Part shown: positions 8,767 through 18,775 of the stretch, one piece after another
Layout: every line of letters begins with the position of its first letter
Position numbering within the stretch: position 1 is the first letter of the stretch
Assembly: GCA_035529595.1 (NCBI GenBank)
Contig: DATKWK010000035.1
Location: 241,067-305,066, forward strand
Direction: 5' to 3'
Source of the DNA: Candidatus Bathyarchaeia archaeon
GTDB lineage: Bacteria; Patescibacteriota; Microgenomatia; PFEM01; JAFGMK01
DNA: 64,000 nucleotides
Translations under genes and position numbers: made by a program
Notes under the pieces: generated by a model
What the model was told of the DNA's origin: nothing
Seen by the model: only the letters and a program-made list of their open reading frames with translations
The model's database searches: none

Positions 8767-9462
8767 CTATTTAACTTTATATTGGCCTTTTTCCTCATCC
8801 CTGACTAATTTACCATGGTCAAGTTCAATCACCCGGATTTTTAAAGAATCAACGATCTCAAAATTATGGGTGGTTACCAAAACGGTTTTCCCGGCCCGGT
8901 TAACCTCCTGAAGCAGGCTGAATATCTGCCAAGCGGTGGCCACGTCCAAATTCCCGGTTGGTTCGTCGGCGATTAAGATTTCCGGACTGGGCACGATGGC
9001 CCTGGCCAGACAAGCCCGCTGAAGCTCGCCTCCCGCCAGTTGGGAAGGAAAAAGATCTGCCCTCTCAAAAAGGCCAACCATTTCCAAGATTTCTTCGACC
9101 TCTTTAGTTACTTTTTTTCTATCAAGACCGGTAACTTCCAAAGCAAGAGCGACGTTTTCGCGTACGGTCCGGTCGTTTAACAGCTTGAAATCCTGAAAGA
9201 CAACACCGATCTTCCTTCTCAAAGCATAAAGATGTTTCCGTTTAATTTTACTCAAATCAAGACCGTTAATAGAAATCTTACCGGTCGTCGGCTCCAGTTC
9301 CTTTAAGATCAGTTTGATTAATGTTGTCTTGCCCGCTCCCGACGGGCCGGTCAGAAAAACCATCTCACCGTCCTTAATTTCAAAACTGATTTTATCAAGA
9401 GCGGTAATTTCAGCGAATTTTTTGCTGACTTCTTCAAATTTAATCATAGATCTTCGGGACAC
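8767..9462 (-). CDS. ftsE: Cell division ATP-binding protein FtsE
   Basis: Walker A LTGPSGAGKTTL, signature LSGGELQR, Walker B ILIADEPTGNLD. 231 aa, paired with ftsX. Confidence 0.9.
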   Translation of the reverse strand: MSRRSMIKFEEVSKKFAEITALDKISFEIKDGEMVFLTGPSGAGKTTLIKLILKELEPTTGKISINGLDLSKIKRKHLYALRRKIGVVFQDFKLLNDRTVRENVALALEVTGLDRKKVTKEVEEILEMVGLFERADLFPSQLAGGELQRACLARAIVPSPEILIADEPTGNLDVATAWQIFSLLQEVNRAGKTVLVTTHNFEIVDSLKIRVIELDHGKLVRDEEKGQYKVK

Positions 9463-9977
9463 TTATCCATAACCTTCACCCGGCCGATGTCCATCAGCCA
9501 GCCGACGTCTTGGGACGAAAAAGTTTCTCCCCAAACTTGGACGCATTGGCCGACAAATTGGTCCAGATCAACCACCGAGGAAGTCAGGAAAACGGTTTGA
9601 CTATTGCCGCCAACCCGGAGTAATTTATGGGACCCTTGCTTGACTTCGGCAGAATCGTTGGCCTCGATTTTTCCCTGGGTCGTATCACGAAAAGAGCGTT
9701 CGTCTTTTATCCCCACTTCCTTATTGCCGGAAATAACTTCGACGTTTCCGGAAATCATTCTTTTGGTAACGGTATCTCCGGCCGCTAGTCCGCGGCGTGA
9801 TAGAAAGTAGCCCGAACCGACCCCGGCTGCAATGATCAATAGGATGACCAGGGCGGAAGTAAGGGCTTTGCCCCAACCGATTTCTTTCTGATCAAGCTGG
9901 TGCAAAATCTGATCCTCCTTCTGAAATTCAGAACCGCTATTTTCATTTGTCTGATTCTCCGTCTGTTCTTCTGTCAT
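9444..9977 (-). CDS. Membrane-anchored hypothetical protein
   Basis: The likely start is the internal Met MTEEQTENQ at 9977, with GGAG 6 nt upstream. There is one TM helix (ALVILLIIAAGVGSGYFL). No known motifs. Confidence 0.4.
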   Translation of the reverse strand: MTEEQTENQTNENSGSEFQKEDQILHQLDQKEIGWGKALTSALVILLIIAAGVGSGYFLSRRGLAAGDTVTKRMISGNVEVISGNKEVGIKDERSFRDTTQGKIEANDSAEVKQGSHKLLRVGGNSQTVFLTSSVVDLDQFVGQCVQVWGETFSSQDVGWLMDIGRVKVMDKCPEDL

Positions 9978-10075
9978 AAAGAAACTCCTTTCTCTAAAAA
10001 GACTATACCATAGTTGGCGGCCTAGAACCAAAACCTGAAGGGATAAGACCTCAGATCTATCCCTAATCAAGAATC

Positions 10076-11095
10076 CTAACCGGTCAAAAGCCGAATCTCT
10101 CCTTCGATAAAGCGCTCCAAACCACCGTCAAGCACACTGTCGACATTCTGGGTTTCAATTTCAGTGCGTAAATCCTTGACCATCTTGTAGGGATGAAGTA
10201 CATAGGAGCGGATTTGGGTTCCCCAAGCGGCTTTAGTGCGGCCGCCTTTCAAGGCAGTGATTTCGGTAGCCTTTTTTTCTCTTTCCTGCTGCCATAGCCG
10301 GGACCGGAGAAGCTGAAGTGCGATTTTGCGATTTTGCTCCTGGTAGCGCTGGGTTTGGCAAGTAACAATAATCCCGGAAGGTTTATGGTGCAACCTGACC
10401 GCAGTAGAAACCTTCTGCACATTCTGACCACCCTGGGTGGAAGAACGGAAAAACTGCCACTCCAAGTCATCTTCGGCGATTTGGATTTCATCACGCTCCT
10501 CAATCTGGGGCAAAACTTCAACTAAAGCAAACGAAGTTTGCCTCAGCCGGTCGGCATTAAACGGCGATTGACGAACCAAACGGTGAGTTCCGGCTTCAAA
10601 TTTCAGGAAACCGTAAGCGTAAGGCTCATCAATGGCAATCGTGACACTCTTAATGCCGGCTTCCTCACCGGAGTTTTCATCCAACACCCGCAAATCCCAA
10701 TTTCTTTTTTCGCAATACTTGATATACATCCGCTCCAGCATCTGTGCCCAATCCATGGCTTCGACTCCCCCCTGCCCGGCATGAATTGAAAGAATCGCCG
10801 GCAAAGTATCATATTTATCGGCGAAAAACAGAATCAGTTCAATTTTCTTAATCATCTTCTCGGCTTGATCAGTTTGTCTTTGGCTGATTAATTTTTCCAA
10901 TTGGTCAATCTCGGCGATTTCCTTTTGGAGCCCAGACAAGCGTTTCATTCCACGAGCAGCCTGTTCTTGATCCTGCCAATAACCGGGATCGGAGGAACGA
11001 ACTTCTATCTCCTGAATCTCCTGCCTGATTTTTGCCGGATTCCGTCTGTCTTTAATCTGAAGGAAACGATGGCGCAAATCTTCTAATTTATCCAT
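10076..11095 (-). CDS. prfB: Peptide chain release factor 2, encoded in a single frame with no programmed +1 frameshift site
   Basis: RF2-specific SPF motif (VRQSPFNA), the GGQ motif (TQGGQNVQKV), and an N-terminal region that aligns with the RF2 domain 1. The ORF is continuous from the ATG. Confidence 0.9.
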   Translation of the reverse strand: MDKLEDLRHRFLQIKDRRNPAKIRQEIQEIEVRSSDPGYWQDQEQAARGMKRLSGLQKEIAEIDQLEKLISQRQTDQAEKMIKKIELILFFADKYDTLPAILSIHAGQGGVEAMDWAQMLERMYIKYCEKRNWDLRVLDENSGEEAGIKSVTIAIDEPYAYGFLKFEAGTHRLVRQSPFNADRLRQTSFALVEVLPQIEERDEIQIAEDDLEWQFFRSSTQGGQNVQKVSTAVRLHHKPSGIIVTCQTQRYQEQNRKIALQLLRSRLWQQEREKKATEITALKGGRTKAAWGTQIRSYVLHPYKMVKDLRTEIETQNVDSVLDGGLERFIEGEIRLLTG

Positions 11096-11119
11096 AGATT
11101 GAAATCTAATCGAATAGCG

Positions 11120-11497
11120 TTATTTCTCCTCAACTATTTCTTCACAGACCTGTTTAAATAATTGTTTTTTGATTATCTCGATTTGTTTCTGGGGCAGTTT
11201 TTTCAATTCTTCGATTAATTCCCGGGATTTTTGTTCAATAATTTGGACGGACCGGCTGGCTTCCTCACCGATCTCAACCGCCGAATCTCTTTGGTTAATC
11301 CTTTGGATCCTGCTCATCACTCCCAAGACTTTTTCTTCAATCACGGCCGGGGAAAACCGGAGGGAAAGGCCATTACTTTCATTTTTTTTGGCGGCCAAAT
11401 AACGAACTACACCAAAGGCCAATAATCCTGAAAGAATAATAATAAACAGGCCTCTCAGTCTTTGTCCCCACATCAACAGTAAGCATACCAAGCCCAA
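11120..11497 (-). CDS. Hypothetical membrane-anchored coiled-coil protein
   Basis: N-terminal TM followed by a charged helical region. No motifs. Confidence 0.35.
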   Translation of the reverse strand: MGLVCLLLMWGQRLRGLFIIILSGLLAFGVVRYLAAKKNESNGLSLRFSPAVIEEKVLGVMSRIQRINQRDSAVEIGEEASRSVQIIEQKSRELIEELKKLPQKQIEIIKKQLFKQVCEEIVEEK

Positions 11498-11506
11498 AAA
11501 ATAAAT

Positions 11507-12115
11507 TCAATCAATATTGACCTTTAGTTTTCTCAATACCCGGCAATATTGCTCAAAATCCTGATAAACAAAAGTTTTGATGCCCAGATCGGTCGCGCCT
11601 TTTATCTTTTCAGGATCGTCATCGGAATAAACAATCTCCTCAGGACCGACGCCGGATCTGGCAATCAGCTCCTTAAAAATCATCTGAGCCGGTTTTAAGA
11701 CGCCGACCTCGTAGGAAAAAATGGCAATATCAAAATCTTCAAGAAAACCGAAGCGTTGATTGAGCCCTTCAATCCGGGCGGGGAAGTTGTTTGAACAAGT
11801 CGCCGTTTGGTAATTTTCCAACCTGAGCTTCTTAACCAACTGGGCGGCCGGTAAATTAACTTCATACCCGGAAAGCAATAAATCAACAATTCCTTTCGGA
11901 CTCATCTTCAAATTCCACTCTTTCAGGGCCCATTGCCAATATTCCTCATCCTCAATTAAACCGGCTTTATATTCCTTATTCATCTTATCCGATTCGAGGA
12001 AAACCGAGCGCGCTTTTTCCTCAGCCACGCCTCTTTCAACCAGGTTGGCAAGAAACTTTTTCTTGCCGTTGATAAAATAAACACCGTCAAGATCGAAACA
12101 GACAACCTTAATCAT
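11507..12115 (-). CDS. HAD-superfamily hydrolase
   Basis: Motif I VVCFDLDGVYF at the N-terminus and a C-terminal SDDDPE-type motif. Confidence 0.65.
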   Translation of the reverse strand: MIKVVCFDLDGVYFINGKKKFLANLVERGVAEEKARSVFLESDKMNKEYKAGLIEDEEYWQWALKEWNLKMSPKGIVDLLLSGYEVNLPAAQLVKKLRLENYQTATCSNNFPARIEGLNQRFGFLEDFDIAIFSYEVGVLKPAQMIFKELIARSGVGPEEIVYSDDDPEKIKGATDLGIKTFVYQDFEQYCRVLRKLKVNID

Positions 12116-12227
12116 TCTTTCGCCTTTCCCGTTTAAAACTAATTAGCAAGTACAGGTAATTATTAAAGGAACCGTAAGCAGGAAGCAAGACCCATTTTTG
12201 TAAAAAACAACCGCTATTAAGTTAATT

Positions 12228-13388
12228 TTAGGATTTGCTTCCTAAGAAAAGGCTTAGAACGTCGACTAGAGAGTAAAGATCTTTAATTTGAATATTTTCA
12301 TCACGACCGTGGATATTACCGGTTTTATCCCGGGCAACACCGCAACCGACAAATTGCCAGTTCAATTTTTTAGCAATCTCAAACAAGTCACCGGAACCCA
12401 TCACCGCATAAAATTTACCATTATCCAGAACACGCTTCATATATTCCGCCATTATCTTCGAAGCTGGTGAGATTTTTGCATAGGCAGACATTTGGTGAAG
12501 AAATTCAAGGTTATATTTGATTTTAGACTGATAAGGCGACAGCGCTTCTCTTATTTCTCTTTTAACCTTAGCTATTTTCTCTTCAGGGATAAACCTCCGG
12601 TCAATCTCAATCTCACACCGGTCCGGAACAATATTAACCTTCAAACCGCCAACAATTTTGTCAATATTAAGTTTTGCCTGCATGAACCGTATCCCCAAAT
12701 CAGGATTAACGGGAATCTTGGAAAAGCGCGACTCGACCTTCTTTTTAAGCTTAACCAGGCTATTGATAAGGGGCAAGGAATTTTCAACGGCATTGATACC
12801 GAGATGGGCAATCGCCGAGTGAACCGATTTGCCTTGAACGGTAATTTTAATTGAAATGTGGCCCAATCCGCCAATAGAGACATAACCGAAGGTACAATCA
12901 AGATTAAGAAAAACCGCTCCGGCGGCCTGATCAATTTTATTGGCCAAAAGATAAAGAATTTGTTCTGTTTGATTTGTTTCCTCATCGGTTGTCACCATGA
13001 CGGTCGTATCCCAATTTTGAATCTTGCTCTTCAGCCGGTCAACTGCCATCAGAAAGGCAATTAAAGAACCTTTCATATCGGCGACGCCCCGACCAAAAAT
13101 CTTACCGTTTTTGATCTTTGGTTTAAACGGTTGCCAATCCGGATCGGCCGGTACAACATCGATATGGGAATAAACCAACAGCCGGGGTTTACCTGGATTA
13201 CGTTTATGGGCCAGAAGATTGACTCTTCCCTCGGCAATTGAAGAAGGAATATTAATTACTGCCGTCTCAAAGCCTACCTTCTCGAAAAGCGGTTTAAGAA
13301 ATTTCACCGCCTGATGATAATTATTACCCGGAGGATTGGTGTTATCAATCGCCACTAAATCCAATAGTGTTTTAATCCAAAAATCCAT
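12228..13388 (-). CDS. M20 family metallopeptidase (ArgE/DapE/carboxypeptidase G2-like)
   Basis: Motifs LLVYSHIDVVPA, GRGVADMKGSLIAF and the overall M20 layout. Confidence 0.7.
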   Translation of the reverse strand: MDFWIKTLLDLVAIDNTNPPGNNYHQAVKFLKPLFEKVGFETAVINIPSSIAEGRVNLLAHKRNPGKPRLLVYSHIDVVPADPDWQPFKPKIKNGKIFGRGVADMKGSLIAFLMAVDRLKSKIQNWDTTVMVTTDEETNQTEQILYLLANKIDQAAGAVFLNLDCTFGYVSIGGLGHISIKITVQGKSVHSAIAHLGINAVENSLPLINSLVKLKKKVESRFSKIPVNPDLGIRFMQAKLNIDKIVGGLKVNIVPDRCEIEIDRRFIPEEKIAKVKREIREALSPYQSKIKYNLEFLHQMSAYAKISPASKIMAEYMKRVLDNGKFYAVMGSGDLFEIAKKLNWQFVGCGVARDKTGNIHGRDENIQIKDLYSLVDVLSLFLGSKS

Positions 13389-13412
13389 CTTAGATTAGAA
13401 ATAAATATTAGC

Positions 13413-14066
13413 CTATCTATTGGCCTTTCTGGCTAATTTGGTAGCGGTCCAGCCAAAAGCGAAACCGCCGATATGGGCAAAATAAGCAACTCCGCCGACT
13501 TCCTGCCCGAGATAAGCTAAACTGCCCACCCCGGAAAACAGTTGAAAAATGAACCAGTAAAAAAGCATGGTATAAGCCGGAACGGAAGCTTCCCGAACCA
13601 CCCAACCGAAGATAAAGAGAACATCAACCCGGTGGCGGGGAAATAAAACCAAATAGCCTCCCATTATGGCCGCGATTGCTCCCGAAGCTCCCAAAACCGG
13701 AACGGTTGAATGAGGATTAACCATCACCTGTAAAACCGCCGCTATAACGCCACCGAAAAGATAAAAAAATAAAAATTGAAGATGGCCAAAATAGTCTTCC
13801 AGATTATCGCCAAAAATATAGAGAAACAACATATTGCCGAAGACGTGGGCGATCCCTCCGTGTAAAAACATTGAGGTTAAAAGAGTGTATAAATTTTGAC
13901 CGGTGACCACTATATCAGGAATCAAGGCGTAAGTTACCACCAATTGTTCAACCGCTGTTTCGCTGGCCAGGAACATGACAGCGAAAACAACCAAGTTTAG
14001 GGCAATCAGTAAATAAGTGATAAAAGGAAACTTTCCCGAGGGATTATGGTCTCTTATCGGTATCAT
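13413..14066 (-). CDS. Rhomboid family intramembrane serine protease
   Basis: LHGGIAHVFGNMLFLYIFG, the catalytic GASGAIAAIMGGY (GxSG) and FAHIGGFAFGW (His) on a polytopic scaffold. Confidence 0.8.
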   Translation of the reverse strand: MIPIRDHNPSGKFPFITYLLIALNLVVFAVMFLASETAVEQLVVTYALIPDIVVTGQNLYTLLTSMFLHGGIAHVFGNMLFLYIFGDNLEDYFGHLQFLFFYLFGGVIAAVLQVMVNPHSTVPVLGASGAIAAIMGGYLVLFPRHRVDVLFIFGWVVREASVPAYTMLFYWFIFQLFSGVGSLAYLGQEVGGVAYFAHIGGFAFGWTATKLARKANR

Positions 14067-14069
14067 CTA

Positions 14070-14915
14070 TTATAAGCTACTGACTAATTTTGCTTCCCCG
14101 ATAGCTTCAGCTATCAGGTGCGAAGGTATGCCAAAACCTTTAAGTAAACGCGGCTCGGCTTTACTTAAATCACGGCAAAGGACGATTCCTTCTTCAAGCA
14201 GACGGGCTTTCTGGGCTTGCGAAAGCGAAGTCAGGCAGGTAATTGGGTGCAGATTTGCCTTTTCTACCCAGTCACGTAATGAATTCTTTTCCGGATAATT
14301 CCAGCCGATCAATTTAATTCCCGCGCACTCGCCGTAGCGGATTGACCGCACCGAAAATTTAGTATTGGTAACCAAACAAGGACGGACGAATTTAACCCGG
14401 GATAATTTTCCCTGCCAGTTGGCCATAATATCGTCAAACCGGGCTTTAACGTATAAGCAATGCTTAATATCGCTTCTGATACCGGTCCGATTGTGGAATT
14501 TACACTCCGTCAACAGATATTCGCCTCTTTTGTGGGCGACTACATCAATCTCGTGTTTGGTACATTTACCTTTAAAGATAATGTCTAAATCCGTTTTATA
14601 ACCGCGGCTGGTAAAAACTTCAGCCATAAATTTTTCAAAAGGATAACCGCTGGGCCCGAACATCATAATCGCCTGCTTAAGACTGTAACGGGCTTTTCCC
14701 TGCGAATAGTCCAAATCCTGCAAAGATTTAAGCACCTGGTTGTAGATCTGAACCGTGGGAATATTATCATAGAGGTTTTCTTGCAAATCAGCCAACAGCT
14801 CATTTTGAAGATCGCGGGGTATTCTTGCCCGCTTAAGCGATTTTCTCAGTTTAAGCGCACTAAAAGGCTCGCTTTCTCCCGAAGCTTTAATAACATGAAT
14901 CTCTTTTCCGGTCAT
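14070..14915 (-). CDS. ATP-cone domain fused to an Mrr-like restriction endonuclease (PD-(D/E)xK) domain
   Basis: N-terminal IHVIKASGESEPFSALKLRKSL is ATP-cone-like. The central block FEKFMAEVFTSRGYKT ... IDVVAHKRGEYLLTECKF matches the Mrr_cat D...ExK layout. Confidence 0.5.
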   Translation of the reverse strand: MTGKEIHVIKASGESEPFSALKLRKSLKRARIPRDLQNELLADLQENLYDNIPTVQIYNQVLKSLQDLDYSQGKARYSLKQAIMMFGPSGYPFEKFMAEVFTSRGYKTDLDIIFKGKCTKHEIDVVAHKRGEYLLTECKFHNRTGIRSDIKHCLYVKARFDDIMANWQGKLSRVKFVRPCLVTNTKFSVRSIRYGECAGIKLIGWNYPEKNSLRDWVEKANLHPITCLTSLSQAQKARLLEEGIVLCRDLSKAEPRLLKGFGIPSHLIAEAIGEAKLVSSL

Positions 14916-14944
14916 TAATTTTTAGCCCGCTCCAAAGATAAATT

Positions 14945-15910
14945 TCAGATCTTTTTTGACAGAAAATCAAGCAATTTTTTCCGGCTAATATAAGCAACAC
15001 CGATACAACGGTCAGCCGCTCCGTAGTAAACGTAATACCGGCTTTTCCAAACTATCGCTCCGCAAGGGAAAACAACGTTATTAACATAACCAGTTGTCTC
15101 ATACTTAGCTTCGGGAACGAGAACCGGTTCAGGACTCCGATATAAAACCTTCCGCGGATCCTTTAAATCCAAAAGGAGAATTCCAATCATATAGGTCAAT
15201 TTCTTATCCGGCCCCTCGTGAACACCATGGTAGAATTCCAACCAGCCGAGATGCGTTTTAATCGGTGGCGCTCCGGCACCGATCCGGCTATTATCCCAAC
15301 TCTTTTTTCTCACCCGACACAGAATTTCTCCCTTGGAAAATCTGCTTGACTTCTCCGAGAAGGAGATCCAAATATGAGGGAAAACCCGGTGAAGCATGAC
15401 GTACCGGCCGTCAACCTTCTCAGGAAAAAGCGTCCCGTCTTTGGTATCGAGACCGGGCAGAGGGACACCACGACGCTGATAATAAATAAAATCCCGGGTG
15501 GTTGCCAACGAACAGCGTATGCGCCAAGGAACTCCCATTCTGCCCCAAGTCTTCGTGACCTCACCCCGGAAAGGATGAACCGAAGCGGCGATGTAAACAA
15601 TCCAATAGCGGTCTTTAATATAGACAATCCGCGGATCTTCAACACCAAATCTCTCGTGCGTATTACCCTCCTCAGGAAAAAAAACCGGATAGGGTAGTCT
15701 TTTTTCGATGGTTACCGGATCGCTTAAAACCGCCAGTCCCAATTGGGAGAAATGGATTCCGCCCATCGCCCGATACAAAAGATAGATTTTACTACCCCTA
15801 ACCACGACGCCGGGATTAAAAACAGAACCTGACTCCCACCAGTGGGAGTCCCTTCTGTTTGGTTTCAGAAGAGGGTTGCCTACCCATCTTGTCAGTTGGA
15901 TTTTGTCCAT
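14945..15910 (-). CDS. Glycoside hydrolase family 130-like glycosidase or phosphorylase
   Basis: GSVFNPGVVVRGSKIYLLYRAMG, FGVEDPRIV and the overall GH130 (five-bladed propeller) sequence pattern. Confidence 0.7.
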   Translation of the reverse strand: MDKIQLTRWVGNPLLKPNRRDSHWWESGSVFNPGVVVRGSKIYLLYRAMGGIHFSQLGLAVLSDPVTIEKRLPYPVFFPEEGNTHERFGVEDPRIVYIKDRYWIVYIAASVHPFRGEVTKTWGRMGVPWRIRCSLATTRDFIYYQRRGVPLPGLDTKDGTLFPEKVDGRYVMLHRVFPHIWISFSEKSSRFSKGEILCRVRKKSWDNSRIGAGAPPIKTHLGWLEFYHGVHEGPDKKLTYMIGILLLDLKDPRKVLYRSPEPVLVPEAKYETTGYVNNVVFPCGAIVWKSRYYVYYGAADRCIGVAYISRKKLLDFLSKKI

Positions 15911-15939
15911 TTAAATAGCCTTATTAATTTTCTACCACC

Positions 15940-16899
15940 TTAGAGAACGACCTCTTTTTTCTCCCAGGTAAACAGAGCGCCCAGCGATTTTCCCAGATGA
16001 ATCCGCCTGATAACTTCCGCTAAAAGCGGTGCCAGAGAAATGATTTCAATTTTATCAATCTTTTTTTCTTTGGCAAGGGGAAGAGTATCCAAAAGCAAAA
16101 TCTTGGAGGCAGCAGACCCCCTAAGCCTCCGGCAGGCATCGCCTGACAGCAACCCGTGAGTGGTACAGATAATTACTTCTCTGGCGCCTTTTTCTTTTAG
16201 GGCGCGGGCAATTTCCACGACCGTACCGGCCGTGTCAATGATGTCATCAATCAAAATAGCGGTTTTTCCTTCGACATCTCCGATAACGTTTAAGACCTGT
16301 GCCTGATTATGGACCGGTCTTCTTTTATCAATCATTGCCAGGGGCAGATTCAGCAGTTTTGCCATGCCTCTTCCCCGCCTCAAACCGCCGACATCGGGAG
16401 AAATAATGACCATCTTGTCAATTTTATTTTCTAACAGGTACCGGGCAAATAAAGGATAACCGACCAGGTGGTCAACCGGAATATCATAAAATCCTTGAAT
16501 CTGGTCGGCGTGGAGATCGACTGTCACTAACCGGTCAGCCCCGGCTTTAGTGATTAAATCAGCTACCAACTTGGCCGTAATCGGCTCCCGTGAAACCGCC
16601 TTGCGGTCCTGCCGGGTATAGGCCAAAAAAGGGCAGACTAAATTAATGCGGCCCGCCGAGGCCCGTTTAAGAGCATCAACTCCGATAAGAAGCTCCATCA
16701 AGTGGTCATTTACCGGAGGAGAAACACTTTGGATAAAAAATACATCATCATTACGGACTTTCTTGCCGATTCGAAAATAAATTTCTCCGTCGGCAAAATC
16801 TTTGATTTCCACCGACGTTAAGCCTATTTTTAAGATTTTGGCAATGCTTTGAGCCAGTTCAGGATGAGACCGACCGCTAATTAACTGAATTTTATCCAT
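15940..16899 (-). CDS. prs: Ribose-phosphate pyrophosphokinase (PRPP synthetase)
   Basis: 319 aa. FADGEIYFRIGKKVRNDDVFFIQS and the PRPP-binding loop DDIIDTAGTVV. Confidence 0.9.
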   Translation of the reverse strand: MDKIQLISGRSHPELAQSIAKILKIGLTSVEIKDFADGEIYFRIGKKVRNDDVFFIQSVSPPVNDHLMELLIGVDALKRASAGRINLVCPFLAYTRQDRKAVSREPITAKLVADLITKAGADRLVTVDLHADQIQGFYDIPVDHLVGYPLFARYLLENKIDKMVIISPDVGGLRRGRGMAKLLNLPLAMIDKRRPVHNQAQVLNVIGDVEGKTAILIDDIIDTAGTVVEIARALKEKGAREVIICTTHGLLSGDACRRLRGSAASKILLLDTLPLAKEKKIDKIEIISLAPLLAEVIRRIHLGKSLGALFTWEKKEVVL

Positions 16900-16948
16900 G
16901 GTTTTTTTATTTTAACCGGAAAATCTTATTTCTTCAATCATAAAAAAA

Positions 16949-18748
16949 TTATTCTCCCAGCTCGCCTTTTGTCTGTAACTGCCAAAGATACTGATAAAGA
17001 CCCTTTTTCTTGCCAACTAAATCTTCATGCGTCCCCATCTCAACAATTCGCCCCTCATCCATGACTATAATCCGCTGCGCCTTCCGTACGGTTGAAAAAC
17101 GGTGGGCAATTATCAAAACGGTTCTGTCTTTGGCGACCTCCCACAAAGCTTTCTGAATTAGGCGTTCCGACTCGGAATCCAAATTACTGGTCGCTTCATC
17201 AAAGATAATAATTTGCGGATCGATTAGAAGCATCCTGGCAATCGCCAATCGCTGCTTCTGACCGCCGGAAAGTTTGATTCCCCTCTCGCCGACTTCGGTG
17301 TCGTACTTTTCAGGTAAATTTTCCACAAAATCATGAAGGTTAGCCAATTTTGCGACCTTAATTATCTTCTCCAACGAAACATTCTCTTTGCCGTAACCGA
17401 TATTAAATCCAATCGTATTGTTAAAAAGAATCGGTTCCTGGGGAACAATGCCGATAAAGGAACGCAATTGGCTTTTAGTAAATTTTCTGATATCAATCCC
17501 GTCTACGGTAATGGTTCCCTGGCCAACGTCATAAAAACGGAGCAAAAGTTTGATTATCGTCGTTTTTCCGACTCCCGAGCGGCCGACAAAAGCAACCGAT
17601 TCGCCGGGATTGATATGAAGACTGATATCTTTAATAACCATTTCCTGGGAATCAGGATAGGCAAAATCAACATCTTCAAATCCAATCTCGCCCCGGATCT
17701 TATCCACCGCCGCCGGTATTGAGGGATCGCTAACCAAAACCGGCTCATCAAGAATTGAAAAATAACGGTCAATATCAACATAATGCTTAGCAATATCCCG
17801 AAGCCGGTAAAGAATGCCGGACAATTGATAATAGAAACCGGTCATAAATGATACTACCATGACGAAATCACCGGCACCGATTTTACCTTCCGCCAGTCTT
17901 TTGACTACAATCCATAAAACCGCCAACGCCCCAAGATTGGCTAAACTGCCAACGCCTACATCCATCAGGCGAAATGAGTTGGCGTAGCGCCAAATTTTAG
18001 CAAACCAATCTTGAAACTCGATCGTCAAACGTTTTTCTTCCCTCTTTTCCTGGGCAAAAAATTTTACTGTTTCATAGTTAATTAAATTATCGGTGATGAT
18101 TCCCGAGACCAGATCTTCAGACTTATTAAAAGCCTTTCTCGCCTTCATGTTTACCTTAATCAGCTGCCAGCTTAAAAAGACGTTCCCGACAAAAACCGCC
18201 AGCAATAACCAGGCGATCGATGTCGAAACCCGGCTAAAGAAAAACAACACCACCATCAGGCTGACAATGGTGCGGATGATATTGTGGTGGATATCGTGAA
18301 AGAGGTCAAAAAAAGCGCCGTCGCCTCTCTTGAAAGCACTGATCAGGGAGCCGGTGTTTTTATTGACATGAAAGGCAAAATCCAAATCCTGGATATAACG
18401 AAAAACGGCGATCCGGGCATCCCGAGCGGCCGGAATCAGTACCTTATCACCTAAATAGAATGTTAAAGCGTTCATGAAATTGCTACTGATCTTTACTCCG
18501 ATAAATAAGACTAGAATCGTAATTAAATCGGGATAATTGCGTGACGGGGCACTGTCCACCAAAAGCTTGTAAAAATAGGGGTTTAAGTTTTCCAAAACGG
18601 CCGCCACTACCAGCACTAAGCTGAAGATAATAAAAGCTTTCTTATATTGAAAGATAAATTGATAGAACCGCTTGAAAATTTTGAACATAAAAAAATCTCC
18701 CCCAAATAATGGGCTAAATTTACGGGAGACAAATTTATTATAGCGCAA
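16949..18748 (-). CDS. ABC exporter, fused permease and ATPase (MsbA-like)
   Basis: Six TM segments, then GRSGVGKTT, LSGGQKQRLAIARML and IIFDEATS. The likely start is the internal MFKIFKRF. Confidence 0.85.
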   Translation of the reverse strand: MRYNKFVSRKFSPLFGGDFFMFKIFKRFYQFIFQYKKAFIIFSLVLVVAAVLENLNPYFYKLLVDSAPSRNYPDLITILVLFIGVKISSNFMNALTFYLGDKVLIPAARDARIAVFRYIQDLDFAFHVNKNTGSLISAFKRGDGAFFDLFHDIHHNIIRTIVSLMVVLFFFSRVSTSIAWLLLAVFVGNVFLSWQLIKVNMKARKAFNKSEDLVSGIITDNLINYETVKFFAQEKREEKRLTIEFQDWFAKIWRYANSFRLMDVGVGSLANLGALAVLWIVVKRLAEGKIGAGDFVMVVSFMTGFYYQLSGILYRLRDIAKHYVDIDRYFSILDEPVLVSDPSIPAAVDKIRGEIGFEDVDFAYPDSQEMVIKDISLHINPGESVAFVGRSGVGKTTIIKLLLRFYDVGQGTITVDGIDIRKFTKSQLRSFIGIVPQEPILFNNTIGFNIGYGKENVSLEKIIKVAKLANLHDFVENLPEKYDTEVGERGIKLSGGQKQRLAIARMLLIDPQIIIFDEATSNLDSESERLIQKALWEVAKDRTVLIIAHRFSTVRKAQRIIVMDEGRIVEMGTHEDLVGKKKGLYQYLWQLQTKGELGE

Positions 18749-18775
18749 AAAAAATAATTGGCAAGAAACTATTTC

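Noticed and set aside
10076-11119. Possible programmed +1 frameshift in prfB
   Set aside because: Translation is continuous from the ATG at 11095 through the region homologous to the E. coli shift site. No in-frame UGA and no upstream out-of-frame ORF segment were found.
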